Source: Thermoanaerobaculia bacterium
GTDB taxonomy: Bacteria > Acidobacteriota > Thermoanaerobaculia > Multivoradales > JAIOJS01
Direction: 5' to 3'
Assembly (NCBI GenBank): GCA_963846495.1
Contig: CAWJWP010000015.1
Span: 34,959-98,958 of the forward strand
Length of the DNA stretch: 64,000 bases
Shown in pieces: positions 9,678 to 18,863 of the stretch. Below the pieces are notes generated by a model. The model made no database searches. It saw only the letters and a list, made by a program, of their open reading frames with translations, and was not told where the DNA came from. Numbering within the stretch: position 1 is the stretch's first letter; every line of letters begins with the position of its first letter. A program made the translations under genes and the position numbers.

Positions 9678-10703
9678 ATGCAAGGAGGAGTGCTTTCCGC
9701 GGTCCTGCTGGCGCTCGCCGAGCTCGGTCCGCACGATGGCTTTCACCGGGACGCGGTGGCAGGTCTCGAGCTCGCCAAGGGCTACGAGCGATTGGAGGTG
9801 GGCGCCGTCAACCTCAGCGCCGAGCCGACGAGCTGCGTGGCAACGCTGTTCGCTCAAGACGGCCGGGAAGTAGGCCGCATGCCGTTCCGGGTGGATGCGC
9901 TCGCCTGGTCGCGGCAGGACGCCGCGGTCGAAGTCGGCGGCCGCCGTGCGACCTACGCGCAGGTGAGCTGCGACCGCAACTTCTACCCGATCGCCGCGAC
10001 GAGCCGAAGCGACGGAGCCGGCGTCGAGCTCGCCAAGGCCATCGGCCCCAACGGGCCCTGCACCGAGAAGATCAGCCTGGCGCGCCGCAATGACGGCAAA
10101 TACGTCCTCGACCGGGTCGGCCTCTTCCACCAGGCCACGGCCGCTCGGCCCAAGGGCATCCTCTGCGTGCGCGCGCCGGGGCACCTCCAGGTGGCGCGTG
10201 CCACCTTCGAGTGGGACATCTACCCCGGCGACTGGAGCGCTCGTGACCGCTCCGGCGTGCACAACCTCGCCTACGTCTTCCTCGACCGCTACCGCAGCGG
10301 CGTCGTCGGCAACGTCAACGCCGTGGGCCCGAACAAGGACCGCGTCAAGTGGATGCAGAACTACGGCATGGCGATCTGCGGCACCGGCCGGGCGTGCAAC
10401 ACCACCGGGAGCCGCGGCCATCGCCTCGAGGCCAACCGGATCTACCACCTGATCTACGTCTTCGACGCGGCGGCGAAGCGGGTGACGTTGACGCTGCAGG
10501 ACTCCGGACGCAACACGCTGGCGACCGCTTCGGGCCCCACCGGGGGAAGCGACGCGCTGAAGCTGAAGCCGTACGGCAAGGGCGAGCTCGACGGCCTGGC
10601 GATGGTGATCGAGTTCGGCAACTACCTCGGCCAGCACCCGCCCGAGGAGGCGACGCTCGGCTGGCTCTACGGCAACGTGCACGTGGAGCTGATGCTCCAC
10701 TGA
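9678..10703 (+). CDS. Hypothetical secreted protein (signal peptide, Cys-containing, 341 aa)
   Basis: Starts MQGGVLSAVLLALAELG with a strong RBS. Globular, non-repetitive composition. No family recognised. Confidence 0.65.
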   Translation: MQGGVLSAVLLALAELGPHDGFHRDAVAGLELAKGYERLEVGAVNLSAEPTSCVATLFAQDGREVGRMPFRVDALAWSRQDAAVEVGGRRATYAQVSCDRNFYPIAATSRSDGAGVELAKAIGPNGPCTEKISLARRNDGKYVLDRVGLFHQATAARPKGILCVRAPGHLQVARATFEWDIYPGDWSARDRSGVHNLAYVFLDRYRSGVVGNVNAVGPNKDRVKWMQNYGMAICGTGRACNTTGSRGHRLEANRIYHLIYVFDAAAKRVTLTLQDSGRNTLATASGPTGGSDALKLKPYGKGELDGLAMVIEFGNYLGQHPPEEATLGWLYGNVHVELMLH

Positions 10704-10782
10704 CGCGCCAGTGCGCCGCGTTGACGCGGCGACCGAGATCGCGGCGCGTCCAGGACTCGTGCGCGCTGCTGGCCCGCCGGCG

Positions 10783-11862
10783 TCACCTACACAGCGGCGA
10801 GACCCCGTTGGGCACCCGATCGGCGTCGATGACCTTCATGCCCGCCAGCCGCTCGCCCGGCGGTCCTGGCAGGACGTGGCGGATGTAGATCGCGTCCACC
10901 TGGCCGCGGAACTTGTCGCGGATGTAGCTGAAGACTTCGGGATCGCATTCGCCCGAGTCCCCGATCAAGGTGAACTTGCGATGCGGGAAGCGTTCGAGGA
11001 GCTCGGAGATCTCCGACTTCTTGTGCTCGTAGGTGTCTTTGGTGTTGCCCTGAGCCAGCTCGTGGAGACGTTGCCAGGTGGTGATGTCCAGCAGGTTCTT
11101 GGGCGCTTCCTTCAGATGGAAGGTGGCCTCGGGGTATCCGGCTTGACTCAAGAAGGTCGACAGCGTCCCGTAGAGCTGCCACGGGCCGCCGGACACGAAA
11201 TGGAAGACGGCGCCTTGCGCCGCCAGCGACTGGTACCACGTCGCCATGTTCGGGGCAGCGACGAATTCGCGCAGGAACGTGTTGCGGAAGACGATCTCCT
11301 TGCCGGCCGGGACCTCGGTGATCTTGACCGTGTCGTCGATGTCCGAGACGACCGACTGCCCCTCCGGTGGGATGAGCAACACGCGGCCCGAGCCGTCCTT
11401 GCCCGGTGAGGTCTCGCGCAAGGTGAGCCAGCCGGTGGAGCCCTGCGCCTGCAGGATCTGCTCGGCGCGGGCGCGAGAGAGCTTGATCGTGTCCTCGATG
11501 ACGCCGTTGGGTCCGCTCCACCCAAACAAGCCGCCCTCGATGCGGAAGACCTCCCGCTTCGGATCCGTGTCGAAGACGAAGCGGACGTCCTGCCGCGACC
11601 GGCTGTCCGCTACGATGTCGGCGATCCGTTCTCCGAACAGCTTGCGCTCGCGCTCCTCCGCGGAGATGGAGGCGAGAGCGCTCAGCACGCGTTGCGTCTT
11701 CGCGTGCGGGCTGTGAACCCAGACCCGAAACGGGATCGTCCACTCGTCGCCGGCCTCGTTCAGATAGCCGTAGGTGGGGTAGAAGGTCGTCAGCAGCGGG
11801 CGATCGTCGGCATAGGCGACGACGGCCACGAGCATCAAGGCCAACCCGAGCATGCGTTTCAT
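10783..11862 (-). CDS. Secreted HAD-superfamily phosphatase-like protein (App1/DUF2183-like, DxDxT motif)
   Basis: Signal peptide MKRMLGLALMLVAVVAYA. Motif VVSDIDDTVKIT (HAD motif I) and a conserved C-terminal region. Resembles the App1 phosphatidate phosphatase family. Confidence 0.6.
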   Translation of the reverse strand: MKRMLGLALMLVAVVAYADDRPLLTTFYPTYGYLNEAGDEWTIPFRVWVHSPHAKTQRVLSALASISAEERERKLFGERIADIVADSRSRQDVRFVFDTDPKREVFRIEGGLFGWSGPNGVIEDTIKLSRARAEQILQAQGSTGWLTLRETSPGKDGSGRVLLIPPEGQSVVSDIDDTVKITEVPAGKEIVFRNTFLREFVAAPNMATWYQSLAAQGAVFHFVSGGPWQLYGTLSTFLSQAGYPEATFHLKEAPKNLLDITTWQRLHELAQGNTKDTYEHKKSEISELLERFPHRKFTLIGDSGECDPEVFSYIRDKFRGQVDAIYIRHVLPGPPGERLAGMKVIDADRVPNGVSPLCR

Positions 11863-11960
11863 AGATTGCCCCCACCCGTAAGAAATTTGACGCCGCCCAG
11901 GTGTTCCGCTACCATCCCGCGTTCCGCCTCCGTCCGGGGGTGCCAGAGGAGTCTCCGACA

Positions 11961-12278
11961 ATGTACGCGATCATCGAAACGGGCGGCAAGCAATACCGCG
12001 TCGAGCGCGGCGACGTCATCGACATCGAGACCATCCCGACCTCCGGGAAGAAGGTGCGCCAGGTCTCCTTCGACCGCGTGCTGATGGTGAGCGGCGAGGG
12101 CGGCACCAAGCTCGGCGCGCCGGCGCTCACCGACGCGCGGGTCTCCGGCGTCGTCGTCGACGAGGTGGGCGGGCCCAAGATCAAGGTCTTCAAGATGAAG
12201 CGGCGCAAGGGCTACCGCCGCACCCGCGGCCACCGGCAGCACCTGCTGCGGGTGCGCATCCAGGACATCGAGCTGTAG
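11961..12278 (+). CDS. rplU: 50S ribosomal protein L21
   Basis: [23 protein letters not shown]... with RBS AGAGGA. The upstream 20 codons of the ORF are not L21-like. Confidence 0.9.
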   Translation: MYAIIETGGKQYRVERGDVIDIETIPTSGKKVRQVSFDRVLMVSGEGGTKLGAPALTDARVSGVVVDEVGGPKIKVFKMKRRKGYRRTRGHRQHLLRVRIQDIEL

Positions 12279-12294
12279 AGCGGAGTCGATAGCA

Positions 12295-12601
12295 ATGGCA
12301 CACAAGAAGGGTCAGGGCAGCAGCCGCAACGGCCGCGACTCCAATCCGCAGTACCTCGGCGTCAAGCGCTTCGGCGGCGAGCAGGTCCACGGCGGCACCA
12401 TCCTGGTGCGCCAGCGCGGCACGGTGTTCACCCCCGGCAAGAACGTCGGCCGCGGCAAGGACGACACCCTGTTCGCGCTCGTCGACGGCGTGGTGGCGTT
12501 CCAGAAGAAGGGGCGGCACGGCACCTTCGTCCACGTCCACCCGGCCGCTGCCGGCTCGGCCGAGAGGCACCTCGGGCGAAGTCGTCGCCGCGGCCGAGTA
12601 G
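12295..12601 (+). CDS. rpmA: 50S ribosomal protein L27; as assembled it has no in-frame stop and runs on (probable indel near 12545-12600)
   Basis: [43 protein letters not shown]...[16 protein letters not shown] is canonical L27. The expected length of about 88 aa would end near 12560. The frame continues as Arg-rich junk to 13395. Confidence 0.7.
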
Positions 12602-12604
12602 CCG

Positions 12605-13648
12605 CTGCAGTTCCTCGACGAAGCCGTCGTCCACGTGCGCGGTGGACGCGGCGGCAGGGGCTGCGTCGCCTTCCGGCGCGAGAAGTACGTGCCGCGCGGC
12701 GGCCCCTCGGGCGGCGACGGCGGCCACGGCGGCTCGGTGATACTGGTCGGCGACGAGGGGCTCAACACCCTCTACCACCTGAGCCTGCCGGCGCTCTACG
12801 CCGCCGAAAAGGGGAAGAACGGCGAGGGCTCGAATCGCACCGGGCGCTCGGGCGACGACCTCGAGGTGCGCGTGCCGCCGGGCACGCAGGCCTTCGACGT
12901 CGAGAGCGGCGAGCTTCTCGGCGAAGTGCTCGCCGAGGGCGAGCGGTTTGTGGTGGCCCCTGGCGGCCGCGGCGGCCGCGGCAACGCGCGCTTCAGCAGC
13001 GCCACGCGGCAGGCGCCGCGCCACGCGCAGCCCGGCGAGGAGGGGATCGAGCGGCGCGTGCGACTCGAGCTCAAGCTGCTCGCCGACGTCGGCTTGGTCG
13101 GCCTGCCCAACGCCGGCAAGTCGACGCTCATCGCCTCGGTGTCGGCGGCGCGGCCGAAGATCGCCGACTATCCGTTCACCACGCTGGTGCCGCAGCTCGG
13201 CGTCGTCGCCACCGGGCCGTTCGAGTCGTTCGTCATCGCCGACCTGCCGGGGCTCATCGCCGGCGCCGCGGAGGGCGCCGGGCTCGGCATCCAGTTCCTG
13301 CGCCACGTCGAGCGCTGCCGCGTGCTGCTCCATCTCGTCGAGCTCGCCAACCCCGACGCCGATCCGGCGGCGGACCTCGCCACCGTCGAGCGTGAGCTCG
13401 AGGCGTTCGACCCCGCGCTGCTGCGGCGGCCGCGGCTCGTCTGCGGCAGCAAGCTCGACGCCGCCGTCGAGGGGCAGCCGGAGCGGCTGCGCGCCGCCGC
13501 CGCCGAGCGCGGCGTGACCTACCACGAGATCAGCTCCGCCACCGGCGCTGGGTTGCCGGAGCTGCGCCATCTCTTGCAGGGCTTGCTGCGAGAGGCGCCG
13601 CCGGCATTCAGCGTCGGTGCGAGCGAAGGCGTGAAGGATCGCGAGTGA
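12605..13648 (+). CDS. obg: GTPase Obg/CgtA
   Basis: The Obg fold and G-domain are in ORF 12635..13648 ([31 protein letters not shown]...[10 protein letters not shown]...DLPGLIAGA). By hand the conserved N-terminus [15 protein letters not shown] lies in frame immediately after a TAG at 12599-12601, so the start is either an unusual CTG at 12605 or obscured by the same indel that affects rpmA. Confidence 0.75.
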   Translation: MQFLDEAVVHVRGGRGGRGCVAFRREKYVPRGGPSGGDGGHGGSVILVGDEGLNTLYHLSLPALYAAEKGKNGEGSNRTGRSGDDLEVRVPPGTQAFDVESGELLGEVLAEGERFVVAPGGRGGRGNARFSSATRQAPRHAQPGEEGIERRVRLELKLLADVGLVGLPNAGKSTLIASVSAARPKIADYPFTTLVPQLGVVATGPFESFVIADLPGLIAGAAEGAGLGIQFLRHVERCRVLLHLVELANPDADPAADLATVERELEAFDPALLRRPRLVCGSKLDAAVEGQPERLRAAAAERGVTYHEISSATGAGLPELRHLLQGLLREAPPAFSVGASEGVKDRE

Positions 13649-13652
13649 GCAA

Positions 13653-14289
13653 GTGAGCGAAGACGCGCACAAGGTCGGACTCTTCGGCGGCAGCTTCGAT
13701 CCCATCCACGTGGGGCACGTTGCGCCCGTGCGCGCGGCCCGCGCCGCGCTCGGGCTCGAGCGCGTCTTCTTCCTGCCCACCGCGCACCCGCCGCACAAGG
13801 CGGCGCGCCGCTTCGCTCCCGCCCTGGCACGCTTCGCGATGGTGGAGCTGGCGCTCCTCGACGAAGAAGGTCTCTTCGCCTCCACCGCACGAGCTCGGTC
13901 CGCAGCCGGCGTACAGCGTGGAGACGCTCGAGCACTTCCGCGCCGAGCTGCCGGGCGCCGACCTGCACTTGATCCTCGGCAGCGACTCGCTCGCCGAGAT
14001 CGAGAGCTGGCGGCGCTGGCGCGAGCTGCCGCAGCTGGCCCGGCTCGTCGTGCTGACGCGCCCGGGTAGCGAAGGTGCGCTGCAGCCGGAGTCGCTGCCC
14101 GGCGAGCTGCGCGCCGCGTGGCAGGCAGGCCGTTTGCTCACCGTGGAGCACGAGCCCGTGCCGCTCTCGGCGACGGCGCTTCGTGAGGTGCTCGCACACG
14201 GCGGCGAGCCGCCGGCCGGGACGATGCACCCCCTGGTGTTAGACTACGCCCGCAAATATCGCCTCTATGCCGAAACGTCCGCTCGCTGA
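13653..14289 (+). CDS. nadD: Nicotinate-nucleotide adenylyltransferase NadD; frameshift at about 13875-13885
   Basis: N-terminal ORF 13653..14069 (KVGLFGGSFDPIHVGHV...FLPTAHPPHK). C-terminal ORF 13720..14289 (PAYSVETLEHF...LILGSDSL...SATALRE) is in a different frame. Confidence 0.7.
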
Positions 14290-14725
14290 TCCCGCCGCCG
14301 CCGTCCCCCCAGAGCCTGCGACCGAGCCCGACGCCGCGAACACGGCGGACGCGGTGCGCGAGGCCGTCGCTGCCGCGCTCGACAAGAAGGCCGAGGACCT
14401 GAAGGTGCTCGAGGTCGGCGAGCTGACGCAGTTCACCGACTACTTCCTGCTCTGCAGCGGCCAGAACCCGCGCCAGGTGCAGGCGATCGCCGACGGCGTC
14501 GAGCGCCGCCTGCGCGAGCACAAGCTGCGGCCGTCGCACGTCGAGGGCTACCAGACGGGGCAGTGGGTGCTGATGGACTACGGCGACTTCGTGCTGCACG
14601 TCTTCCTGCACGAGCGCCGGCGCTTCTATGGCCTCGAGCGGCTGTGGGGCGATGCGCCCGATCTGACGGACGATTTCGTCAGCAGCGTGTCGGGCGACGG
14701 CGACGCCGCGGCCCAGCTGTCGTAA
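14267..14725 (+). CDS. rsfS: Ribosomal silencing factor RsfS (Iojap family)
   Basis: LKVLEVGELTQFTDYFLLCSGQNPRQVQAIADGVERRL...GYQTGQWVLMDYGDFVLHVF. Confidence 0.85.
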   Translation: MPKRPLADPAAAVPPEPATEPDAANTADAVREAVAAALDKKAEDLKVLEVGELTQFTDYFLLCSGQNPRQVQAIADGVERRLREHKLRPSHVEGYQTGQWVLMDYGDFVLHVFLHERRRFYGLERLWGDAPDLTDDFVSSVSGDGDAAAQLS

Positions 14726-14842
14726 CGAGCGCCCGCGAAGCGGGCCGTCGGTAGCGGCGGTGATGCCGGTAGTGGTCGCGCATATTGCGCATGCGCGCCT
14801 GACGCTGTCTCGTTCGCAGCCCTGGTAGCCTGACGGGCAACC

Positions 14843-15770
14843 ATGGCCGCGGCGGACGCCTCACCGTACCCGGCGCTCGACGAGCTGCTGGCGGCGTCGC
14901 CGGTGCTCGCGGCAGCGCTCGGCGGCCTGCGCCAGGCGGCGCCGCTCGACTCGCCGGTGCTGCTGCTCGGCGAGGCGGGGAGCGGCCGCTCGACCTTGGC
15001 GCGCGCGCTCCACCGCGCCAGCGGCCGCAGCGGGCCGCTCGTCGAGGTCGATCCCGGCACGATGCCGGCGACGCTCTTCGAGAGCGAGCTCTTCGGCTAC
15101 CGCGCCGGCGCCTTCACCGGCGCCACCGCCGACCTCGAAGGCCGCGTCGCGCGCGCCGAGCGCGGCACGCTGGTGCTCGACCAGGTGGAGGAGATCCCGC
15201 TCCAAGCCCAGCCCAAGCTGCTGCGGCTGCTCGCCGAGCGGCGCTACCGGCCGCTCGGCGGCGAGGAGCGCGCTGCCGACCGTGCGCTTCGTCGCGCTGG
15301 GCAGCGAGTCGCTGCCGCGGCGTACGCGGCAAGGGCTCTTCCGCGCCGACCTCTACTACCGGCTCGAGGTCCTCGCCTTCCGCGTGCCGCCGTTGCGCGA
15401 GCGCCGCGCCGAGCTGCCGGCGCTGGCGACGGCGTTGCTCGCCGACCTCGCGGCGCGGCTGGCGCGGCCGGCGCCGCCCGTCGCGCCGTCGGCGCTCGCG
15501 TGGATGGCCGAGCACGCCTGGCCCGGCAACCTTCGCGAGCTGCGCAACGTGCTCGAGCGCGCGCTGGTGCTCGGCGACGGCGGGCCGCTCGATCCGCCGC
15601 CGCCGCAGGCCTTCGCCGGCGCGCGGCCGCGCACGCTCGCCGAGGTGGAGCGCGAGGAGATCGGCAAGGCGCTCGCACACACGCGCGGCCATCAAGGCAA
15701 GGCGGCGGCGCTGCTCGGCATCAGCCGCAAGGCGCTGTGGGAGAAACGGAAGCGGTTCGGCATCCCGTGA
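14843..15770 (+). CDS. Sigma-54-dependent transcriptional activator lacking any N-terminal sensory domain (PspF-like architecture); frameshift at about 15270
   Basis: AAA+ sigma-54 interaction domain with GAFTGA loop (YRAGAFTGATAD), an ELFGY motif, then (in another frame) RADLYYRL...PPLRERR..WPGNLRELRNV and a Fis-type HTH. The Walker A reads GEAGSGRST, so Arg replaces the usual Lys. Confidence 0.7.
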
Positions 15771-15777
15771 GTCGCCG

Positions 15778-16203
15778 ATGAGCGAAGGCCGCGTGCTGCA
15801 CCCGGTGCTGTCGCCGGCGCGGCGGCAGGAGCTGGTGCGCGAGGGTGTCGAGCTCTTCCACGCCGGCAAGTTCTTCGCGGCGCACGAGGCGTGGGAGGAA
15901 GTGTGGCGCTCGACGACGCCCGAGCCGCGCGACCTCTTCCAGGGCCTGGTGCAGCTCGCGGCGGCGTTTCACCACCTGCGCGCGCGCCAACGGCCGGACG
16001 TGGCGCGGCGAGTGCTCGCCAAGGCGCGGCGGCGGCTTGCCGGCGTCGTCGACGCGCAGACCTTGATCGCACAGCTCGAGGAGTGGGACGGCTGGCTCGC
16101 TACCGCCACCGGCGAGCCGCCACCGCTGCCGCGGCTCGATTGGCTGTTCGATGCGGCAGTGACGACAGCTCAGCCCGCCGACTCGGGGCGACGCGCGACG
16201 TAG
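15778..16203 (+). CDS. DUF309-domain protein
   Basis: FHAGKFFAAHEAWEEVWR...LFQGLVQLAAAFHHLRA is the DUF309 signature. Confidence 0.6.
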   Translation: MSEGRVLHPVLSPARRQELVREGVELFHAGKFFAAHEAWEEVWRSTTPEPRDLFQGLVQLAAAFHHLRARQRPDVARRVLAKARRRLAGVVDAQTLIAQLEEWDGWLATATGEPPPLPRLDWLFDAAVTTAQPADSGRRAT

Positions 16204-16865
16204 AGCACGTGGGCGTGCGGGTACCAGCGGCCGACGTCGATCGCCTCGGCGTTCACGAAACCGTGGCGCGCGAGGCGAGCCAGCACCTGCTCGCGGCTTT
16301 CGTAGCTGAACGCTTCACCGAGGGTGAGCCCGAGCCGGTCGGAGACGAGCTCCTGCGTGCGGTTCCACCGCTGCTTCCAGCGCTGGCCGGGGTCGAGGTC
16401 CTTGAGCAGCAGCCGGCCGCCGGGGCGCAGGCGCGCGAAGAGCGCCGTCAACAACTCGTCCCACTCGGCGATGGGGAAGCGGTAGAGCACGTCGAGCAGC
16501 GCCACGGCGTCGAAGCGGCCCCCCACCGCGTCGAGGTAGCCGGCGACGAAGCGCACGCGTGGGTGCCGGAAGGTAGCGAAGAGCTTGCGGCAGTCGGGGT
16601 CGAGCGCCACTACGGAGGCGTCCGCCCGTTCCGCTGCGAGCAGCGACAGCGTGCCGTGGCCCGCGCCGACGTCGAGCAACCGTGCGCCCGGCGGCAGCTG
16701 GGCGACGACGGCGAGGAACGGGCACGACAGGAAGCGGCCGTAGGCGTGGAGGCGCTGGCGCAGCGGCGCCCGCGCGTAGGCGCGCCGCAGCGTGGCCAGC
16801 GCGGCGAGGCGTGAGGGGCCGGAACGCAAGGGACGCTGAGAGTACAATCGCCGGCCGCTTGCCAC
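16170..16865 (-). CDS. Class I SAM-dependent methyltransferase
   Basis: LLDVGAGHGTLSLLAA (motif I) and GRFDAVALLDVLY, LLLKDLD. Confidence 0.7.
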   Translation of the reverse strand: MASGRRLYSQRPLRSGPSRLAALATLRRAYARAPLRQRLHAYGRFLSCPFLAVVAQLPPGARLLDVGAGHGTLSLLAAERADASVVALDPDCRKLFATFRHPRVRFVAGYLDAVGGRFDAVALLDVLYRFPIAEWDELLTALFARLRPGGRLLLKDLDPGQRWKQRWNRTQELVSDRLGLTLGEAFSYESREQVLARLARHGFVNAEAIDVGRWYPHAHVLYVARRPESAG

Positions 16866-18850
16866 CCAGCATCGTCGCCGCGTGGCGCGCCGGCGCGCCC
16901 TGGCGGTCGCCTGCCGCGCTGCTCGGGCTGGCGGCGGTCGCCGCGGCGCGCCTGCTCACCCTGCCGCGCAGCCTCTGGGAGCTCGACGAGGTGCTCTTCG
17001 TGCGCGCCGTCGAGCTCTTCGATCCGGTGCAGCACCGGCCGCATCCGCCGGGTTATCCACTCACGGTCGGGCTGGGCAAGCTGTTCGCGCTCATCACCGG
17101 CGATCCCTTCCATGCTCTGGTCGCCTCCTCGGTCATCGCCTCGCTCGTCGGCTACCTGGCGCTTGTCGATGCGTATGCGCGCATGGCGGCACCGCTGAGC
17201 GTGGGAGCGAGCAATGGCGGCAGCACGGCGGCGGGCGCTGAGCGACGCGAGCGGTTAGGACGCGGCGCGATCGGCGTCGGGGTGGTGGCGGCGTTTCTCT
17301 TCCACCTCTCGCCGCCAATGCTGCTCTACGGCCCGTTGGCGCTCTCCGACTCGCCGACGCTGGCGTTCCTCGCGCTGGCACTCGCGGCGAGCACAAGGCT
17401 GCATGCCGGCAACGTGCGCGCCGCGGTGGCGATGGGCGCCTTTGCCGCCGCAGCCGTCGGCTGCCGCCCGCAGCTCGGCGTTGCGGTGCTGGCGATGTTG
17501 ATCGTGGCGTGCGTGGCGGCGTCGACACGCATCGGTTTGCGCCCGCACGGCGGGCGAATCCTGTTCGCCACCGCCGCGGGCTTCGCTGTCGTCGCGCTCG
17601 GCTGGCTGGTGCCGCTCGTCCTCGCCTGCGGCGGCGTCGAAGGGTTCCTCGCTCTGCTCGGCCGGCAAGCCGGACTCGTCGCCGGCATCGACGCCGAGTC
17701 GGCGCGCGGCGCCCTCGGCGCGCCCGCGCTGGTGGCGCGCTTCGTCGCCCATCCGTGGGGCCCGAAGCAGCTGTCGGGACCGCTGCTGCTGGCGGCTGTC
17801 GTTGGGACGTTGGCGGTGCTGCAGTGGCCGCTTGCTGCAGCGTCGCCGCAGCCGCGTGCGCGGCGGCGACTTGCGAGCGTGCTGACGGCGCTGCTCACGA
17901 TGCCCGCAATGTCTTTGCTCGTTCTCGGCGGCGCCGACCTCGCCTTCGCCCTGCTGGTGATGGATCCCGCCGACGCGCCGCGCTACGCGCTGCCATCGCT
18001 GCTCGCGGTCGCGTTCCTGGCCGCGCTCGGCCTGCGCTCGGCGGCTCGGCTCGTGCGCGCGCCCTGGCTGGCGTGGGCCGGCGCCGCGGTGCTCGTCGGC
18101 GGGTTCGTCGCTTTCACCTGGCCGATCCTCTACGAGCGCACGACGACGCTCTCGCCGCCGGTGCAGGCGGCGCGGTGGGCGGAGGCGCACGTGCCGCGCT
18201 CGGCGCTGGTGCTCGTCTCGCCGCCGCTGCTGCCGCACGCGGCGCAGCTGCTCGGCGGCCGCGAGTTCGTGGTCGCCGATCCCGGGCCGTCGCCGCGCGG
18301 AACGACCGAGCGGCGGCCGGCGTTCCTCTTCGCCGACGGCGAGAGCGGCTGGCCGAACGCCGTCGCCTTCCGCTGGCAGCGCAGCGAGGCATGGGGGAAG
18401 CTCACGCGCGGCTACTACCGCGTCGTCTCGTGGAGCGCGCTTCCCGACTGCCGCATCGAGGCGGAGTCGGGTGTCTATGGCTGGGAGCCCGGTTGGCGCT
18501 GGCTCGATCGTGAAGCCAGCCTGCGCCTCGATGTCGCGCGCGTCGAAGCACAGAGAGTCGAAACAGGGCGCGGCCGCGAGCTGGGTGTCACCCTCGGGCT
18601 CCCGCCGACGTCGCCGTACGACGAGGTGAACGTCGACGTGGCGGTCGGCGGCGCGGCTCCGGCGCGCTTGCGCGTGACGCGCGCGAGCCGGCGCACGATC
18701 TGGCAGCCGCTGCCGCAACCGGCGTCGCGGTGGGTCGAGCTGGACTTCGCCGCCGACCGCGATTTCGTGCCGGCGGCCGCGGGCACCAGCACCGATCATC
18801 GCCGGCTGGCGGTGCAGCTCGTTTCCTGCGCGTTGCGCGACGGCGGTTGA
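16862..18850 (+). CDS. GT-C fold glycosyltransferase, ArnT/PMT (GT39/83, PMT_2)-like, polytopic membrane protein; copy 1
   Basis: DEVLFVRAVELFDPVQHRPHPPGYPL motif (the HPP(L) loop characteristic of ArnT/PMT_2), more than 10 predicted TM helices, and a C-terminal soluble domain. The start (TTG at about 16862) is approximate. Confidence 0.65.
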   Translation, partial: PPSIVAAWRAGAPWRSPAALLGLAAVAAARLLTLPRSLWELDEVLFVRAVELFDPVQHRPHPPGYPLTVGLGKLFALITGDPFHALVASSVIASLVGYLALVDAYARMAAPLSVGASNGGSTAAGAERRERLGRGAIGVGVVAAFLFHLSPPMLLYGPLALSDSPTLAFLALALAASTRLHAGNVRAAVAMGAFAAAAVGCRPQLGVAVLAMLIVACVAASTRIGLRPHGGRILFATAAGFAVVALGWLVPLVLACGGVEGFLALLGRQAGLVAGIDAESARGALGAPALVARFVAHPWGPKQLSGPLLLAAVVGTLAVLQWPLAAASPQPRARRRLASVLTALLTMPAMSLLVLGGADLAFALLVMDPADAPRYALPSLLAVAFLAALGLRSAARLVRAPWLAWAGAAVLVGGFVAFTWPILYERTTTLSPPVQAARWAEAHVPRSALVLVSPPLLPHAAQLLGGREFVVADPGPSPRGTTERRPAFLFADGESGWPNAVAFRWQRSEAWGKLTRGYYRVVSWSALPDCRIEAESGVYGWEPGWRWLDREASLRLDVARVEAQRVETGRGRELGVTLGLPPTSPYDEVNVDVAVGGAAPARLRVTRASRRTIWQPLPQPASRWVELDFAADRDFVPAAAGTSTDHRRLAVQLVSCALRDGG

Positions 18851-18863
18851 GGTCCGCGCTGCG

